Below, one piece after another: positions 60,492 through 64,000 of a stretch of DNA of 64,000 nt (position 1 is the stretch's first letter; every line of letters starts with the position of its first letter). The stretch lies in the NCBI RefSeq assembly GCF_009914755.1, contig NC_060927.1. One strand, written 5' to 3'. The stretch is from the human T2T-CHM13v2.0 reference genome, Homo sapiens. A program made the position numbers and the translations under genes. The notes under the pieces are model-generated. The model saw nothing but the letters and a program-made list of their open reading frames with translations, ran no database searches and was not told the DNA's origin.

Positions 60492-63400
60492 GTGAGTACT
60501 GATCTGAGCATCTCTTGCAGCCTGTAGTATAAGAAACCCACCCTGGGATTTTATGATAGCTGTGGAATTAGAAGGCGGGAAATTAACTTTTATTTCCTGA
60601 ATTTGTGTGTGCATTGCTAAGTCTGATTCCTTTATAATATTCCTTCTAGAAGGAAGAATGAGGTATTTTTCAGTCATCATGTAATAAAAGCCTGGGGTCT
60701 TCAGCTTGGCCATAACAGCCTTGACCTCCAAAGAATGTAATAACAATATATATATAGCTGTAAATGGTATTATACTATCTTAAAAGTTTTAGATAAAATC
60801 ATAGTTCTCTTTGCTTAGCATAACATATTTAAAAGCCTAATACAATGCTTTCCATTCTTTTTTGTCTGTTGATACTTGGCTTTCTTAGAACTCTTTTGCA
60901 AAAAAAACAAAAATTAATTACTTTGCAAATAAATGCAGGATAAGAATATATGGGATCTTAGCTGTTTTAGTTTTAATTACTTTTAAAAGTGGTGTTAATA
61001 CATTTAGGAGGTTAGGTGGGCTTTGTTCTTACAGAAGTTGAAATAAAAAGTACTGAAAATGCAACACTACAGGTATCACTCACTTAATGAAATCAACATT
61101 TTCAGCAAGTTTAAGCAGAATTTTTCTGTTAATCTGGTTTTTAATTGCTCGACACTATCAAATGGAATCTTACTTAGATAAAGCAAAACTTTTAAAGTAG
61201 CATTTTTAAAAATTTTTTAAGCTTTCTAACATACTAACCATCCTACTAAGAGTATGGCCAATATATTGGCACTTTGCTTTAACTGACTGTGGAGCAATAT
61301 TAGTTCTTCTTAACTTACAAATGGATCCCTCATGTCGTCTTAAGTTCATTTTCATGTTTCACTAGGTGCTCAGAATCTTAATATAAATTGGCAAATTATG
61401 AAAATGTCACAAAATTAAAATGCAAAATAAAAAGTAATAGGCAATTTCTAAATTTCAGGGGCACCATTCCCAGTATCTTTGTGTGTGTTTGTCATATAAG
61501 TAGTGGGAAGATATGTTTAGCTTGGGCTAACCTCAAATTGCCTTACCATATATAATGCTAAGTTACGATAAATTTTTGTTTTTTTCCATTGGCTTCATTT
61601 CTTAGATTATTAGATTATATTTATTAGATGTAATTAGCCTAGTAATGTCTATTTAGTTTGTTAAAGTGTCTTTGGTTAGGAGAAAGTAATAGCATAAAAC
61701 TCAAGGACCTGAGTTTTTAGCGGTAAAGGGCTAATAGCTAAAACTGTGGATTGTGTCTAGATTCTTTACCTAACCCAATGGTTTGCTGGCATTTAGGTTA
61801 GTGTCTTTATAAAGAGCTAGCTCTCATTGGGAGAGTTGAGCCAGAGCAACCATAGTAAACATAGCTTACTGATAATAGCAATTACGTAGGGATAAGATAA
61901 CATTCTCTCACTTACCTAAATTTTAATGTGTCCTGTTACATAGGTTAATTTGTGCTTGGAAATGAATTTTAGTTAAGTGAGAAATACCTGTTGTTTGCTT
62001 TCTGACATTATAGTAATATGTACAGAGAATAATTTAAAATTATAATTTATGGGTCTTTAAAAGGTTTTGTTCCTAACAACATTTATAAAAATTTATTGTA
62101 CTATTGTAAAGTTTTTTATATATGGGTTTTTTTCCAGCCTCAAATTCTTTTGTGACTTGGAAGAGTATTATGGACAGAAGCTTGGGTACTGCTTAAAATT
62201 TATGTTTTTAGAAGTAGAACTTTTATTTAAAAAAAAAAAAACTTAGGTGCTCATCTTCTTTTCAAATAAGTATAATAAGATGAATGAGAATTTTTACCTA
62301 GATTGGCTGTTTTTTAAAAAGTTTGATGTAAAGATTCCCAGTTTTAAGCTTTTAAAATTCAATAAAAAGCAAATAGTTTTTCTTAAGATTTCTATAAAAT
62401 GATTAATAAAAATCATTATAGTGATGCAGAATATTTTGTTGGTTTATGCTGCTTAGCAGCTTTTTACTCATAAACCCTTAATTTTGCTGTACAGACATAT
62501 TTAGCTATTACAAATATTTAAGTTTACAAAACAAGAATCATTAAATTGGAGTTTGACCAGAATATTGATGTCTGATTGCTTTAAAATATAATTTGAATAT
62601 CCTAGCCTTTTCATGTAGAAAAATGAGGTTCAAAAGAAGAGAAAAATAATACTCTATAACTTTATTCTCAGTTAAGCTAGAACCATGCAAGAAAATATTT
62701 AAACTGGTCTGATAGTTTCATGTTTTTCTTTTCTTTTCTTTTACCAAGAATATATGCATGAAAAGAACCTTTTATTTAAAAAGATGTTCCTGGCAGCCTG
62801 CTCAACACTTTAAATTTTATCAGTTTAGTACCTGCTGATGCGTCTAAAACTGTTGGTCCCATTCTAGTTTTATACTTACATATGTAGTATTAAAAGCACT
62901 TAAGAGAAATGTAGAATATATAATCTTTATAAAAGTATTAAAGGAATTATTTAAATTGAATTTGTATCCCATTTATCTTGCTTGCTAAATAGATTTAATT
63001 GGAGCATCCATTTGTATAACGTCTGGCTATTTCTACAATGTTAAAACAGTGGGTTGAGGAAGTAAAATTTGAGTTACTCAGTTACTGACATAGAAAAGAA
63101 CCCTGTGAGACCAAATTCAGCTTTGGAAACAATTTAGTGTAATTATTTTGCATATGTAGATACACCTTTGAAAGCCAAGAAAGGTTTATGATTGGATCTG
63201 TACTATATTAATTTAAAAACAAATTATTCTTAAGTATATTGTAGCATTTCTGTTCCTGTAAGTACTTTACTCATCTTAAATGTACTGATCATTAGCCACC
63301 TTTATAAAAAGAATGTGCCTGACCCACTAGTATTTGATAGAAATATTAAAACAGTTAAGATCCTTAAACATTTCTGCATATAATTTTTTATTGAGTAAAT

Positions 63401-64000
63401 GTAACTTAACGTAAGTAGTTCTATGAAGTCTGTGTAAATTAAAACCCTGTTTTGTGTAGATGAAGCAATCTTTATAAGTTTCTGTCATCAAGACTGTATT
63501 TTGTGTGCTATTTTTCCATAGCTAGGAAGGTGGCAAGTAAAACATATGCACTATCCTAGAAACATACTGTTCCAGGTAGATCTTAATTTACTACCTGGAA
63601 TGAGCCATCTTAGGTGACCACCATTCTGCACCAATACCTAGTACATAATACTTTAGTTTTAAAGTAAACTAGAGCTGTCTTCTACCCTGAGTTTATTCCA
63701 TGTCTATAAAAGAGGGAACTTCCAATTTGTGACTTTTTGAACTTTTGAGTTTTTGTATGTGTTTAAGTAAATGACGATAGGCCTGTCCTATTAACCCTAA
63801 CAAAAACCTTACTGTGATACGGTTATTTTAACAGTATTAGTATGTATATATGTAGAAAGTATTCATGGGGCCAAACAACAGTCTTTTCCACTATATAATC
63901 AACTAAAGATCAAACTATTGGTAAAATTTGACATTTGTGTAGAATTCATTTTGAATGTAGTGATTTGGGATGCTAATCAAACCCCAGGTAACTGTTTTTT

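Overview
Primate (almost certainly human) genomic DNA, not microbial. The first ~34.9 kb is repeat-rich intergenic sequence: Alus, MIRs, old L1M fragments, MaLR and ERV1 LTRs, and a full-length degenerate L1PA7/8-type LINE inserted into an HSMAR2 mariner. A CpG-island promoter follows, then coding exons 1-4 of SLC25A36 (mitochondrial pyrimidine nucleotide carrier) on the + strand; exon 5 onward lies beyond the window. Most notable observations: (1) a candidate post-transcriptional control module in SLC25A36, made of a uORF whose stop overlaps the main ATG plus an Alu-free intron 4 containing a read-through stop, an intronic poly(A) signal, a 21-nt microexon or recursive splice site, and a stop-containing poison exon; (2) a 104-bp L1 3' transduction bounded by a 16-bp target-site duplication; (3) a 110-bp near-perfect palindrome at 16302-16411; (4) two short local duplications. 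Repeat subfamilies were called by eye and most repeat boundaries are approximate; exon boundaries are exact.
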